Assembly: GCA_947626895.1 (NCBI GenBank)
Contig: CANQTY010000003.1
Coordinates: 1,763 to 65,762 of the forward strand
DNA: 64,000 nucleotides
DNA from: an uncultured Bacilli bacterium
GTDB taxonomy: Bacteria > Bacillota_I > Bacilli_A > RFN20 > CAG-449
Reading direction: 5' to 3'
This document shows, piece by piece, positions 56,201-63,193 of this stretch. The stretch's first letter is position 1, and each line of letters starts with the position of its first letter. Below the pieces are notes generated by a model. The model ran no database searches. It saw only the letters and a program-made list of their open reading frames with translations, and had not been told where the DNA came from. The translations under genes and the position numbers were made by a program.

Positions 56201-59200
56201 ATGATGAACATAAGTGATAATGATATTCAATATCACCCTCTACATATTCAAAATTTTCACCCCAATGATGTGCTTCAAATAAATTACAATCATCTACTGC
56301 ACATTGATGATATTGTTCATTATATGTTTCGTATTTTTTCGTAGATGCAAATGGCTCATGAGATTTATCATAATATCCACAGCCGTTATTATCACATATA
56401 TGGCGATGCTGTCCCTCAACTAATTCCCATTTATTATTATTAAATATATGAGGAGTAGTTTCAGTTTTATATTGACAATTAGAGTTTTGACATTGTTGAT
56501 AATGCCCAGTCGTTCCATCACTTATCCATGTATCACCATATGTATGATTCTCTTTTGAATTTTCATCTATATAGGAACAATCTAAACAATATCTCCAATG
56601 TTGAGTTGGATCATCTGTTTTATATTGATATTGATGTAATCCATTAGAGCTCTTTGCTCCACATTCTGGATTTGTGCATTTTTTATAATGTTCATCAGTG
56701 GTTGTTGTCCAATTGTCTTCCCAAGTATGTGCTTGGTTAATAGCCTCATAATTACATGTTCCACATCTTTGATAATGATTATCATCATCAAACGACCAAT
56801 TAAAAGAGTGATTTTGGTAATTCCAATTACCTTTACAAATATCACATATTTGATAATGCTGATTATCATATGTTGGCTCTGGACTATCATAATGCCATGA
56901 TGAATCAACACTAGATTCATGCTTCATATGTGTAGAATCATATCCACATTCTGTACATACTTGCCAATGCTCATTTTCATTATGAGAATACGTATTCGGT
57001 TCATATGTATGCCCTAGTGATTTCTCAAATGTGGCACCACAATCTTTACATATTTTATAATGATAGCCACCGCTTCCCTCAGTCGGATACGAATAATAAC
57101 CATTGTGATCATCTTTATTTGGAGTATGGGCTTCAGTACCGTAATGATAGGCACATCCATCACAAATATAATAATGCGTGAGACCTCCCTCTTCATAAGA
57201 TAATTCCTTTTCAGCATTGCTATGCTGATTTTTTATATCGCATGTTACATAAGTACATTGATGTTGCTCTTCATTTAAATAGGACCAGCCAGAATTATTT
57301 GTTTTTTTATCTGGGTTATGTATTGTGCTTTCCTCTACTGCACCGCATGAGCACTTATGTTCATGATTTCCGTTTTCTCCATTCACTATCCAATCAACAT
57401 ATGAATGAACATGCGCACTTTTATAGCCACATTTAGTACAAGTGCCATCTGAACCCCAAATATGATTTTCGATGTATGAACTTGTTTTATTTTCGTATCC
57501 ACATGTATCACATATGGCCCAGTGTTGTGCTTCATCATACCCAAATCCTTCTTTGTTGTTAGCGCTCCACTTATTATATGTGTGCGAAGCTTGAGAACTT
57601 TGTCGATTGCAATATTTACATTTTCCTCTATGATTAATTTCAGTTCTTGTGTACTCAAATACGTGTTTTTCTTCAAACACATTACCACCACAAATATCAC
57701 ATACTACTGTGTGATTTTCTTCTGAAGTATGCTCACCTGTTTTGTGCTGTAATGTAGTATGCTTTTCTCTATAAGTTCCATTACAAATCGCACAAGTAGT
57801 ACGATGCTCTTTATCGTCGACTCTATCATATTTTGTAGGTGTTGAGTGATTTTCAACAATATCACAAAATTTGCAACGATGATGTTGCGTATCGCAATTC
57901 TCTTCTTTTACACTACCATTATATATTGGTTCCCATGATGCTGTAGTATTATCAACTGAATGCGATTCCTCTAATGTACACTCCACATCACCTTCTACAT
58001 AACCACAATCTTTCCTATGTGTTGTTCCATCTACATACCACCCGTTTTCTGTTATTCCAAGATGATTTTTTTCCCAACCATAATCTTTAGCATGAGTTTT
58101 TGACTCATCTATATATCCACATGTAGTACATTTGTATATATGATTATTTCCTTCTAAAAACCATTCAAAGACATGTTCTTCAGGTGAACTATTAATACGA
58201 GCGGAACAATATTGACATTGTTGATAGTGTCCCGACGAATCATCATACGTATAATCAGAACCAGGTGTATGCTCTGAAGATACCCATCCACAAACCGAAC
58301 AACTATGAGTTCCTAAACCAGTATCTACAAACTTACTATTGTTAGTACAATGGTTTTCATAATCACAATCTAAACATTTTTGATAATGATCGTTTTCATC
58401 TCCACTCCATTCATCCCCAAAATTATGCCCTTGTGCACCATATTCATCTCCGCAAAATTCACAAACATACCAATGATAATCAGCGTTAGTATCACTAGAT
58501 GAATCAGCGTGACTCCATACATCCGAAGATGATGTATGCGGAATTGATAAAGTACAGGTACCATCTGCGCCAGTACATTTATGCCCTTCGTTTTCGCTTA
58601 TATTATCCTTATCAAGTGATTCACTTCCAGATGAACTAGGTTCATGTGTATCGTGGTAATGACAAACGATACATTCTCTATAATGATTACCATATGAATC
58701 ACTTTGCCATGTCCCATCAAATTGGTGTTCAACAGCTCCATATTTATCTCCACATACATCACAAACTAACCAATGCTTGTCTTTATCACTTTCGTTTCCA
58801 TTTCCACTTGATGAATCATAGTATTGCCAATTATGTTCTGAATCACTAGTGCTATGAGCATTTTGAATACCACATTCATTATTGCCATCGCCTTTACATT
58901 GATGACCATTATTACCTTCAATTGAGTCACTATCTAAAGAATTCCACATATCGGAACCACTGACAGAATGTGTTTGGCGACAATCACAAGCTTTACATTT
59001 TCTTTCATGCATTGTTCCATCAGCAATTTCTTCCCATTTATCATAATCGTGTGCAGTTGCACTATATTTAGCGCCACAATCATCACAAACCTTATAATGA
59101 TAATCACTATTTGATTCCCATTTATCATCTGTTGAGTGATGTGTAATTGTCGTAATATTACAATCTCCCACGTCGCAACTATGTCCATCGTCATTTGTTT

Positions 59201-59924
59201 GAAAATCAAATGCATCCTTTGGCATCCAATTAGGTTCATGAAAATCGATTATAGCATAACAATCATTACAACTTTTAATGTGTAGCACACTTTGTGTAGA
59301 TCCATCACTAACTACATTACCACTGGCATCGAGAGCTTCCCAAAGAGAACTACTATGAGAACAAGGAAAATAAGAGTTCACGTTGGCTTTTGTCACTTTG
59401 CATTCCCAGCAATACTCCCCTTCTCCTCCTTCATAGGAAAAATTATGTTCGCCATAGGTTTCACTTACTCCCATATGACAATCTTCACATTCTTTCCAAT
59501 GGTGCGTTTGATTATATTTCCATCCAGTATCAGCATCAGAATTATACTTGTGAGGTGAACCATTAGGACAAAAATTAGAAAATACAATTCCATCTTTTAT
59601 TTCAAGACCTATATCACTAGATAAGCTCGTTAATTCTATCCCATTATCATTATTTATATTATCTATATTATATTCTTGATTTTCTTGTGATGATTTTTGT
59701 TCTAATCTTATTTGTTCTGCATGTACATGATCATGTTCTTCTTCATGTTCATGATCATGCTCCTCTTCTTCTGTATGTTGATGAGTTAATTCATGTTTTT
59801 GTTGTACTACATCACTTGCAGGGTATTGGGGTGCAATGAAAAAGAATAATAAAGCAAGTAATACATGCGAAGTACATGTAAGTATCTTTTTAATCAATTT
59901 TTTGAACTCAAAAAAACTTTTCAT
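44265..59924 (-). CDS. Giant (5219 aa) secreted, C-terminally membrane-anchored protein made of ~150 tandem Cys/His mini-modules (H-[YW]-x2-C-x2-C-[GH]-x6-9-H-x-[FYW]) with a His/Glu/Asp-rich N-terminal tract
   Basis: A 15.66-kb uninterrupted ORF in an AT-rich genome. N-terminal signal peptide KKLIKKILTCTSHVLLALLFFFIAPQYPAS. HDHEHEEEHDHVH tract. C-terminal TM LSIPIVILGLQIILLGILIIMVI plus RRKDEGGDEE tail. Composition is dominated by H, C, D, G, Y, W, E, T, N. Confidence 0.85.
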   Translation of the reverse strand: MKSFFEFKKLIKKILTCTSHVLLALLFFFIAPQYPASDVVQQKHELTHQHTEEEEHDHEHEEEHDHVHAEQIRLEQKSSQENQEYNIDNINNDNGIELTSLSSDIGLEIKDGIVFSNFCPNGSPHKYNSDADTGWKYNQTHHWKECEDCHMGVSETYGEHNFSYEGGEGEYCWECKVTKANVNSYFPCSHSSSLWEALDASGNVVSDGSTQSVLHIKSCNDCYAIIDFHEPNWMPKDAFDFQTNDDGHSCDVGDCNITTITHHSTDDKWESNSDYHYKVCDDCGAKYSATAHDYDKWEEIADGTMHERKCKACDCRQTHSVSGSDMWNSLDSDSIEGNNGHQCKGDGNNECGIQNAHSTSDSEHNWQYYDSSSGNGNESDKDKHWLVCDVCGDKYGAVEHQFDGTWQSDSYGNHYRECIVCHYHDTHEPSSSGSESLDKDNISENEGHKCTGADGTCTLSIPHTSSSDVWSHADSSSDTNADYHWYVCEFCGDEYGAQGHNFGDEWSGDENDHYQKCLDCDYENHCTNNSKFVDTGLGTHSCSVCGWVSSEHTPGSDYTYDDSSGHYQQCQYCSARINSSPEEHVFEWFLEGNNHIYKCTTCGYIDESKTHAKDYGWEKNHLGITENGWYVDGTTHRKDCGYVEGDVECTLEESHSVDNTTASWEPIYNGSVKEENCDTQHHRCKFCDIVENHSTPTKYDRVDDKEHRTTCAICNGTYREKHTTLQHKTGEHTSEENHTVVCDICGGNVFEEKHVFEYTRTEINHRGKCKYCNRQSSQASHTYNKWSANNKEGFGYDEAQHWAICDTCGYENKTSSYIENHIWGSDGTCTKCGYKSAHVHSYVDWIVNGENGNHEHKCSCGAVEESTIHNPDKKTNNSGWSYLNEEQHQCTYVTCDIKNQHSNAEKELSYEEGGLTHYYICDGCAYHYGTEAHTPNKDDHNGYYSYPTEGSGGYHYKICKDCGATFEKSLGHTYEPNTYSHNENEHWQVCTECGYDSTHMKHESSVDSSWHYDSPEPTYDNQHYQICDICKGNWNYQNHSFNWSFDDDNHYQRCGTCNYEAINQAHTWEDNWTTTTDEHYKKCTNPECGAKSSNGLHQYQYKTDDPTQHWRYCLDCSYIDENSKENHTYGDTWISDGTTGHYQQCQNSNCQYKTETTPHIFNNNKWELVEGQHRHICDNNGCGYYDKSHEPFASTKKYETYNEQYHQCAVDDCNLFEAHHWGENFEYVEGDIEYHYHLCSSCHEKQESTKETHSLAWNTLSSGDHQGTCGSCTYHKEHAPIWDAIDNSEKHQCTELGCGIPAANHDYDETEWSYDTEHHYNVCTICGANLNITSHSFSGWEVIVDDGNKSHRGACTCGAVSRHAEGGFKYLDETRHQCDVDGCGFFDSHSYSEWHNDIDSGIHYRECTCIQAGGSGHYRQSHTPNFQKFNSSQHKCAGSEDGQDDCSIVEDHDHLDQKGSYNNGYYADETGHYYKCSVCGEKVDVANHVIDWTYEGNKHTATCSVCGFNAEHTIGDPWKLVDSGDGEHHKCNYPGCGFVESHTKTEETLDVGDDTNHWYICSVCHVTFGVSPHNYGTENKGTAKNAGWTADETNHWQECIDCGYKFHNMGPHNFTSWEKQENGTYIQTCEDCGYTVEHKEHIGEWHISEDKLRHERTCLVCEEYESHEINGVGWEKVDNSTHKCNGANGTCTITEGHDGYDTWLEKDYDGTLKHYHLCTKCGEYDIGEHTPDIEENNGWHSDDKDHYHICATCKNEYGRVEHDYTDVAWKNHSRTCNDCGYVDSHDPHWVDAGDNENHKCDICDATDKHTLVWVSNEDGHYQKCSVEGCTYTTGAPEDHEFTIWHEIDGKHVGTCKICNYQQTEGHTPDWVSDGTGLGQSHHCNVPNCTIEGNHEPSSDWKDDGKNHYHECNVCHAHLDEEEHSSTTDTWLSDGTNHYKLCDVCGAKFENGKHDYSKGQYNYDETNHWLICDGCGLSGEKVAHDNLSWETNGNENNSKHWQNCATCHATHLNEATHTYGEWVDDYNPSETHTHTRECVICKLDDAKQSHTEHFEPSEQDPKSHVCTDPNCNIKQGHDGYDTWLQKEEDGKLVHYHQCTICGTEYDKHTSSYTDHYGYDIDSHWLICDECGYENKDGDHKTAHHSSGTYIDGGKDVGHYKVCDDCGQRFDITPHDFFEKKYTQDGTYHYQVCKYCGVVTSTAEAHDFSREGNPNNWYYNDTYHYHQCSICGFIKDQARHTFTGEHNGYTVVGNQHYRSCTCGYESLHEDHISDLGEGQWHISDSEHYKICKVCGVKFENSEHNWGSSWISAGSEGHYQECSVCHADSEKISHNFGDGKFTDDGGIHKRTCTEQGCGYVDSHFGSFKEDVGKGTHTCQYAECDINGVHTSSHLVTNSSDDVEHGVGHHKVCDYCNAEFEFTKHTFKEGEYQFNNLAHWQVCECGQESEHVLHTPDDTGWYVEGDNHHQVCDTCKQQFNVGEHTYELNKYGYKGEEHWRICDLCGAEGAHEGHSSTRSYEHDETNHWKICDACGEKINVDGHSESYLQSADGHYKFCTVCQSTIAKMQVHDYTGVAWENHSRTCTKCGYVDSHFASWGSDADRHWCTLCIGKEPEEHTFDIWVSDETGHHQKCSICEYEEKTHASHKFTIWHEIDGKHVGTCEDCSYQQTEGHNPHWVSDGTGLEQGHHCDVSECTIKGAHEPSSDWKDDGTNHYHECSVCHERLDEAAHSYKKDVYSSNKEEHWQVCEVCGKESTHEEHSYKGTENEGWNYNVETEKHERTCSTCGYSESHLPNLGELEGDDEHHQCKDCVLQEGHSYHWVDDKDNENHHEECSVCGHRSGRTENHNLTYAEVNGRHIGTCECGYQDEGHDPVWNDNKNGKHICETCKLESPHVWEETWRYDDEYHYHKCVFCDATKDKTDENKHVIKWQVVDGEHVGTCTVEGCEYRTASHPGNWKDSNDGKNHQCQDCTLTEEHKWGAWEKFGEKGHQRSCSVEGCTATQQHDGTSNWKINDGKHECTIDGCDFVEEHHSETWLVDGEHNQHYKKCDICGAEFAKEGHTQDTTENNGWHTDDKDNHYHYCSVCKSNYDVGDHSYQKDVYSSDKDGHWQVCEVCGKETEHVEHGSFTSWTTNTETGLHYRTCTTCNYNDAHIAKWENDSENNQHKCTVSDCDIKQNHDLIWVNEEESGHYQKCSVEGCNYTTNRSETHNFKWNTIDGKHVGQCEQCGYRIEHTPSWTNDEGSGKHKCTDESGCNIVEEHKWGEWKVVEGQHVQECTVEGCTATNSHAIPGDDGWTYINESTHKCSQCTITEGHNGSNTWESNDTEHYHHCSLCNENYDNSKSHTYKYEHDENHHWQVCEVCGKQTKPEDHTYSNDALKGWALNEKTGLHERTCQVEGCGYVDSHLGNWKDSNDGKNHQCQDCTLTEEHKWGAWEKFGEKGHQRSCIVEGCTAIQQHEGTDSSKWEKATDQHRCLEDGCDFVEDHILDGHGWYNDKDSGHYHKCAICGTEFDRAAHTQDTTENNGWHTDDPNGHYYQCATCGEHYGQQKHQFNSKYDHDENHHWLVCDICGAKQTGVAEQEHSSDVWISDGKNHYKICVCGQKIEEGVHDSEDQPYITTEEEHYKLCKVCGLVDGSTRKNHNYGDGTPWHYDDNKTTHYHLCADCGYRSDVTEHSSIDGAWIDDVEKGQHYQVCQICGARFNYGEHSYGDTWISDGLEGHHQKCSLCGHDNEKTSHSSSTWQHDEHNHYQLCDKCGQKFNESAHTYDAEGYTINERTGAHERTCTQVGCGYVDSHFASFKEDIGKNTHTCQYEDCNIYEEHSSESYIIDGADGHHKVCDVCGARFNDGAHNFGDTFIQEKDPSLGHHQRCSVCGYETPTEGHNFETPYTKESDKALGHYYKCKDCGYETERVNHNFGDTYYQDGENNKHYQICEDCEYRTPSEEHRNHYESNDKGHWLVCDVCGKSTRDEGGEDKGILSHEAKTKGDGSLEYYDDGTNHWLVCKDCGAVFNKEAHTPKVGWQSNESEHYQVCSICGFIIESSRETHSYELDKWVSTDKTYHWQECTKCGYKHNYGVHNFVPEGHDDDGYIQRCEDCGYVTHHEAHIGEWKVSADGTMHERDCIICGFHEEHSIEETTWSPVDDGMHKCDQCTITASHEGADLTTWFNSADGSYHYHKCYKCGEFDKGNHTYEKGIYESNSGEGTHSPVCDVCGMKKQGESSEHESSEWIVDNELHQHYKKCDKCGAEFERNDHTPDKGESGLTNNYYATEENHYHICEVCGATYGSKAHNYEGVEWSKDGTNHWKVCKECGYKGELSGHSLEWKETEDQTKHYQECSICGYKTEEVEHTSDGYIMDLVKNQHYKVCKECGIEFARGSHTYDDTWKYNDETHWKECTVCQYKDQLRSHSATEYVISGEEHHQVCSCGKEINRSEHHYNTYQYEENGEVHWKVCDECGHKETGSETSHHSSRGYNLDETGNYHYQVCDDCHAQFNKGEHQFSNKYIEYGEFHYQVCDVCNRAIESTKEEHSYKLDWQVEENIHFHACVKCGHRIDIGSHSSSSWKDAGDGHHYQVCEFCGTRFNENQEHVFNGKYDHDTHDHWEVCDLCGAEKAGSRTSHNYTSTYDSENHYEICDTCGDIINKSAHSFEKHFNNEEHWWSCSCGYEKDRASHDEVTWSSDGTSHWKECNTCKEKYSNETHTYGEWQDDLNPEAPHEHTRECEICHTEASRQSHKENYVDSGDGLTHVCSYVGCNIKQGHDGSSTWLSDKEGNHYHECSICGAHYDVEKHSYPKDVYSSDKDGHYQVCEVCGKESTHVEHDSFTSWTINTETGIHYRTCTTCGYNDTHIAQWENDVAVAKHKCTVSGCNIVENHDLIWVNDEELGHHQECSVCDYETSISDEHHFIWATVNGEHYGQCECGYIIHHAPIWQNKDHEHHICEVCGLEESHQWSLWEVDGNHHVRTCLVDGCEATDSHEIHWERVDDASHRCVGKDCTIVEGHDNSITFEFDDTYHYHVCSKCGEYDKEAHVFKDTYKYDSTHHYKICEVCGYASKEKEAHSSKDLIYHIDGNKHYQVCDICGARFNEGEHIFTSIYGHDENGHYLLCEVCGMASETKLNHTYGEWLKEDNKHIHLCTTCGYIEEHEASYESNENEHYCVVDGCTIHEEHDFENNTCKVCNYQRRGISLGNDLSIPIVILGLQIILLGILIIMVIRRKDEGGDEE

Positions 59925-59952
59925 GCAAAACCCTTATTCGGTAAAACAATAG

Positions 59953-59962
59953 CCCCCCCCCC
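59953..59962 (-). promoter_or_regulatory. Homopolymeric G10 (C10 on plus strand) tract in the putative promoter spacer of the giant gene
   Basis: Minus-strand read: TTGACT-tttccaacGGGGGGGGGG-cTATTGT...AAGGG-6nt-ATG. The tract lies between a -35-like TTGACT (59971-59976) and a -10-like element. Confidence 0.5.
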
Positions 59963-59991
59963 GTTGGAAAAGTCAATAAATTGATGTGAAA

Positions 59992-60009
59992 TTTGTGCTC
60001 GAGCACAAA
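59992..60009. promoter_or_regulatory. Perfect 18-bp palindrome TTTGTGCTCGAGCACAAA upstream of giant-gene promoter
   Basis: 9+9 perfect inverted repeat, about 15 bp upstream of the -35. No flanking T-run, so it looks like an operator rather than a terminator. Confidence 0.4.
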
Positions 60010-60152
60010 TGCAATTTGACTACATCTATGCATTTTGACCTCATTTTGTCTATTTTTTATCAAATAAAAGGTTTTCTTAAAACTCACCCCATATAGTTAA
60101 AATCCTAGGAGAGTATTCTTTCCTAGGACTCAAACTTGATTTATGCCTTCAA

Positions 60153-60323
60153 TTACTTTTTATATTTCTTATGATAATTTTTAACTAATTGATTTCCCTT
60201 ATTTTGACAACAAGAACATTCTCCAGTAGGGAGATGGTTCTTCTTCTTATATATATATAAAATAAGAAGGGAACTAAAGAAAACAATAATAAAGATAATT
60301 ACTAAGATTGCTAAAGGAGACAT
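60153..60323 (-). CDS. FeoB-associated Cys-rich membrane peptide (56 aa)
   Basis: MSPLAILVIIFIIVFFSSLLILYIYKKKNHLPTGECSCCQNKGNQLVKNYHKKYKK is a TM helix plus Cys cluster. It starts 1 nt after the feoB stop. Absent from the ORF track because it is under 60 aa. Confidence 0.6.
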   Translation of the reverse strand: MSPLAILVIIFIIVFFSSLLILYIYKKKNHLPTGECSCCQNKGNQLVKNYHKKYKK

Positions 60324-60324
60324 A

Positions 60325-62631
60325 TTAATTCTGTAACGCTTTCTTTTGATCTAAATACTTATTGATAAAGTGAATCACTACTCCACATATGATAAATAAA
60401 GGTAAGATGATAAAGATAGTCCACCAGAAAGAAAGCACTAGATAAACAATACAAGAAGTAATATAAGAAGTGACTAACCAGAAGACTATTGTAGAACCTA
60501 GTTTCTTTTTAGGTAACTCTGCTTTCGCGGTCGCTACCGCGGCAAAGCAAGGAATCGTTGTCATATTAAAGGTAATAAAAGAAATTAAACTAGGCCAAGT
60601 AATTCCAGTAGCCTCAATCATTGCCACTGTTTCAATAATACCATCATCACTTGCTTCACTTAAAGCTCTAATTTGATCAATTACTTCTGGAGATATAACA
60701 AGAGTGCCCGCTTCGGCATGAGAGATAATACAAATAGCTAACGTATAAAATGTAGCAATGACATTTTCTTTAGCAATTAATCCTGTGACCGCAGCAACCG
60801 CAAATACCCAACCAAAAGAAGCAAGCTGTACACCAAATCCTAAAGGAGTAAATATAGGTTGAATAAATTTACCTAAAGAAGCTAAAATCGATTCATCCAT
60901 AGCGCCATCTACATAGCTCCAATTCCAAGCAAAATTCGATAAGAACCAAATCACAATCGTCGAAGCTAAAATAATTGTAAAGGCCTTTTTAATAAAGTGT
61001 TTTAATTTATCCCATAGATGGACCATCAAGGCTTTTCCTTGAGGTATATGATACGAAGGTAGCTCCATAATGAAAGGAGGTACATCTCCTTTCATCGAGG
61101 TATTACGCATAATAATTACCGAAATAATTGCTGTAAGCATTCCAATAATATACATAGCAAAAGTAATGAAATCTGCATTCCCTATATGGAAATGTTCTAC
61201 AATTCCCCCGGCTATCGCGGTTAATATTGGTAACTTAGCTCCACAGCTAAAGAAAGGAATCACACGAATCGTTGCAGTTCTTTCTTTATCATCTGCAAGA
61301 GTTCTCGTGTTGATCATTGCAGGTACACTACAACCAAAGCCCATGATCATTGGCATAAAAGCTCTACCAGATAAACCAAAACGACGGAAGATACGATCTA
61401 ATATAAAAGCCACACGAGCCATATATCCAGAATCTTCTAAAATAGAAAAGAATAAGAATAAAAGGAGTATCTGGGGTAAAAAAGATAATACAGCGAATAA
61501 GCCTCCTAAAACACCATCGACAATAAAACTAGATACCCATGCTTCTGCATTCCATAAAGTAAGTAAATCACTTACTCCATCAGAAATTAATGTCGTAATA
61601 CTTTCTAATAGATTAAATAAAATCACTCCTGGAGAATTAATCCCTCCACTAGTCCATAATAATCCTTCGAAAGGAGAATCAGCAAAACTTGGAGGAACAT
61701 CACTAAATAAGAAACCTAAAAAGAATAAGTTTTCTGAAAAAGTAAGATGAAAGACAACTAATAAGATGATTAAGAAGATAGGAATACCTAACCACTTATT
61801 AGTCAATACTTTATCAATTTTATCTGAACGCGTAAGCTTCTCTTTACTTGTTTCTTTTTTAGATAATGCTGGAGAAAAGTTTTTAGCGATATATTGATAA
61901 CGTCTATCGGCAATAATCGCTTCAAAATCCCCTCCAAAGGTATCATCTTTAAAAGTAGCTTTAAAGTCCTCTACAATCGGTAATAAATCTGGGTGATCTT
62001 GAATTTCTAATTCATCTTTTTCCACAAGTTTTATCGCATGAAATAAAGGATGATCAATATTTTTCCCTTTAAAAGCAATCTCTACATCTTGAATCAAATG
62101 TTTTAAAGCAGAATCCATTAAAACAGTCTTACCTTTTCTAGAAATGAGTGAAGCTTCATAAGCTTTATTCATCAATTCATCTAGATGTTCTTCTTTTAAA
62201 GCACTAATCTCTACGACAGGAACACCAATCTTTTTTTCTAAAGCTGAAACATCAATACTATTTCCATTTTTCTTTACCACATCCATCATATTTAAAGCGA
62301 TAACAATAGGAACATCAATTTCTAATAATTGGGTGGTTAAATATAAATTTCTTTCTAAATTAGTCGCATCGACAATATTAATTACACAACTAGGTTTTTC
62401 TTCAAGAATATAGTTTCGAGAAATCACCTCTTCAGGAGTATAAGGAGATAAAGAATAAATTCCTGGTAAATCAATAATTTCTAAAGGCTCTTTTAATTTT
62501 TTATAAACTCCTTCTTTTTTATCTACTGTAACTCCTGGCCAATTGCCCACGTGGGCAGTTGACCCAGTAAGGGAATTAAATAAAGTGGTCTTACCACAAT
62601 TGGGATTACCCGCTAAAGCAAAACGTTTCAT
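60325..62631 (-). CDS. feoB: Ferrous iron transporter FeoB
   Basis: N-terminal G-protein domain (GNPNCGKTTLFN, DLPG) plus a polytopic membrane domain. 768 aa. Confidence 0.95.
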   Translation of the reverse strand: MKRFALAGNPNCGKTTLFNSLTGSTAHVGNWPGVTVDKKEGVYKKLKEPLEIIDLPGIYSLSPYTPEEVISRNYILEEKPSCVINIVDATNLERNLYLTTQLLEIDVPIVIALNMMDVVKKNGNSIDVSALEKKIGVPVVEISALKEEHLDELMNKAYEASLISRKGKTVLMDSALKHLIQDVEIAFKGKNIDHPLFHAIKLVEKDELEIQDHPDLLPIVEDFKATFKDDTFGGDFEAIIADRRYQYIAKNFSPALSKKETSKEKLTRSDKIDKVLTNKWLGIPIFLIILLVVFHLTFSENLFFLGFLFSDVPPSFADSPFEGLLWTSGGINSPGVILFNLLESITTLISDGVSDLLTLWNAEAWVSSFIVDGVLGGLFAVLSFLPQILLLFLFFSILEDSGYMARVAFILDRIFRRFGLSGRAFMPMIMGFGCSVPAMINTRTLADDKERTATIRVIPFFSCGAKLPILTAIAGGIVEHFHIGNADFITFAMYIIGMLTAIISVIIMRNTSMKGDVPPFIMELPSYHIPQGKALMVHLWDKLKHFIKKAFTIILASTIVIWFLSNFAWNWSYVDGAMDESILASLGKFIQPIFTPLGFGVQLASFGWVFAVAAVTGLIAKENVIATFYTLAICIISHAEAGTLVISPEVIDQIRALSEASDDGIIETVAMIEATGITWPSLISFITFNMTTIPCFAAVATAKAELPKKKLGSTIVFWLVTSYITSCIVYLVLSFWWTIFIILPLFIICGVVIHFINKYLDQKKALQN

Positions 62632-62632
62632 A

Positions 62633-62872
62633 TTAGTTTATACCCTCTTCTTCCATAATCACTAACTTTGCTTCATCTTTTCTTAAAGTTAGTTCATATC
62701 CCCTTAAGGTGATTTCAAGTGGATCCCCTAAGGGAGCTTTTTTACGAAGATAAATCTCCGCACCAGGAGTAATTCCCATATCGAATAATCTACGACGAAT
62801 TCTCCCTTCTCCTTCAATGCTTTTAATACGACCAGTCTCGCCGACATTGAATTCATCTAACTTACGTAACAT
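62633..62872 (-). CDS. feoA: FeoA family protein
   Basis: SH3-like FeoA domain (G..G.I..I......RRLLDMGI.PG). Confidence 0.85.
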   Translation of the reverse strand: MLRKLDEFNVGETGRIKSIEGEGRIRRRLFDMGITPGAEIYLRKKAPLGDPLEITLRGYELTLRKDEAKLVIMEEEGIN

Positions 62873-62889
62873 CGTCTTATCCTCCCTTT

Positions 62890-63102
62890 CTACGCAACAA
62901 AAATTTTCGTAGCGATGTTTCGATCAAGAGCAAGTCTACCCTCTTTTACAATACAAATAACATTTCCCCCACTGATAGATAAAATCGTAATTTTAGAGTT
63001 TACGGTAATCCCTAAACTCTCTAAATACTTTTTTATCTTTTCATCGGTTAAAATCTTGAGAACTTTTAATTCTTGATTTAATGGGGCAACAATTAAGGGC
63101 AT
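62890..63102 (-). CDS. feoA: FeoA family protein (second copy)
   Basis: FeoA-like 70-aa protein. The AAGGAG RBS favours the ATG at 63102 over the TTG at 63117. Confidence 0.65.
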   Translation of the reverse strand: MPLIVAPLNQELKVLKILTDEKIKKYLESLGITVNSKITILSISGGNVICIVKEGRLALDRNIATKIFVA

Positions 63103-63126
63103 AACTTTCTCCTTCAAATGTTAGTC

Positions 63127-63193
63127 AAAACTAACTAACCAAATGTATTCTACTCTTGCAAATTGCTAGTGTCAAGAATTTTTAGTTAGTTTT
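63127..63193 (-). promoter_or_regulatory. feo operon promoter (TTGACA-17-TAGAAT) flanked by 12-bp inverted repeats AAAACTAACTAA / TTAGTTAGTTTT
   Basis: -35 at 63175-63170 and -10 at 63152-63147 on the minus strand. Inverted-repeat arms at 63127-63138 and 63182-63193. Confidence 0.45.

Noticed and set aside
44744-59558. About 35 plus-strand ORFs (60-214 aa) from the six-frame track, inside the giant gene.
   Set aside because: They are antisense shadows of the 15.66-kb minus-strand ORF. Their translations are low-complexity (I/F/Y/M/H-rich) with no RBS or start context. The minus frame is unbroken for 5219 codons.
59992-60009. 18-bp palindrome as a feoB terminator.
   Set aside because: It lies about 300 bp beyond the feoB stop and beyond the small Cys-rich peptide gene, and it lacks a T-run. 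An operator role for the giant-gene promoter is more plausible.
60470-61750. Plus-strand ORFs 60470-60676 and 61070-61750.
   Set aside because: Antisense to feoB, which is full length with conserved G-domain motifs.
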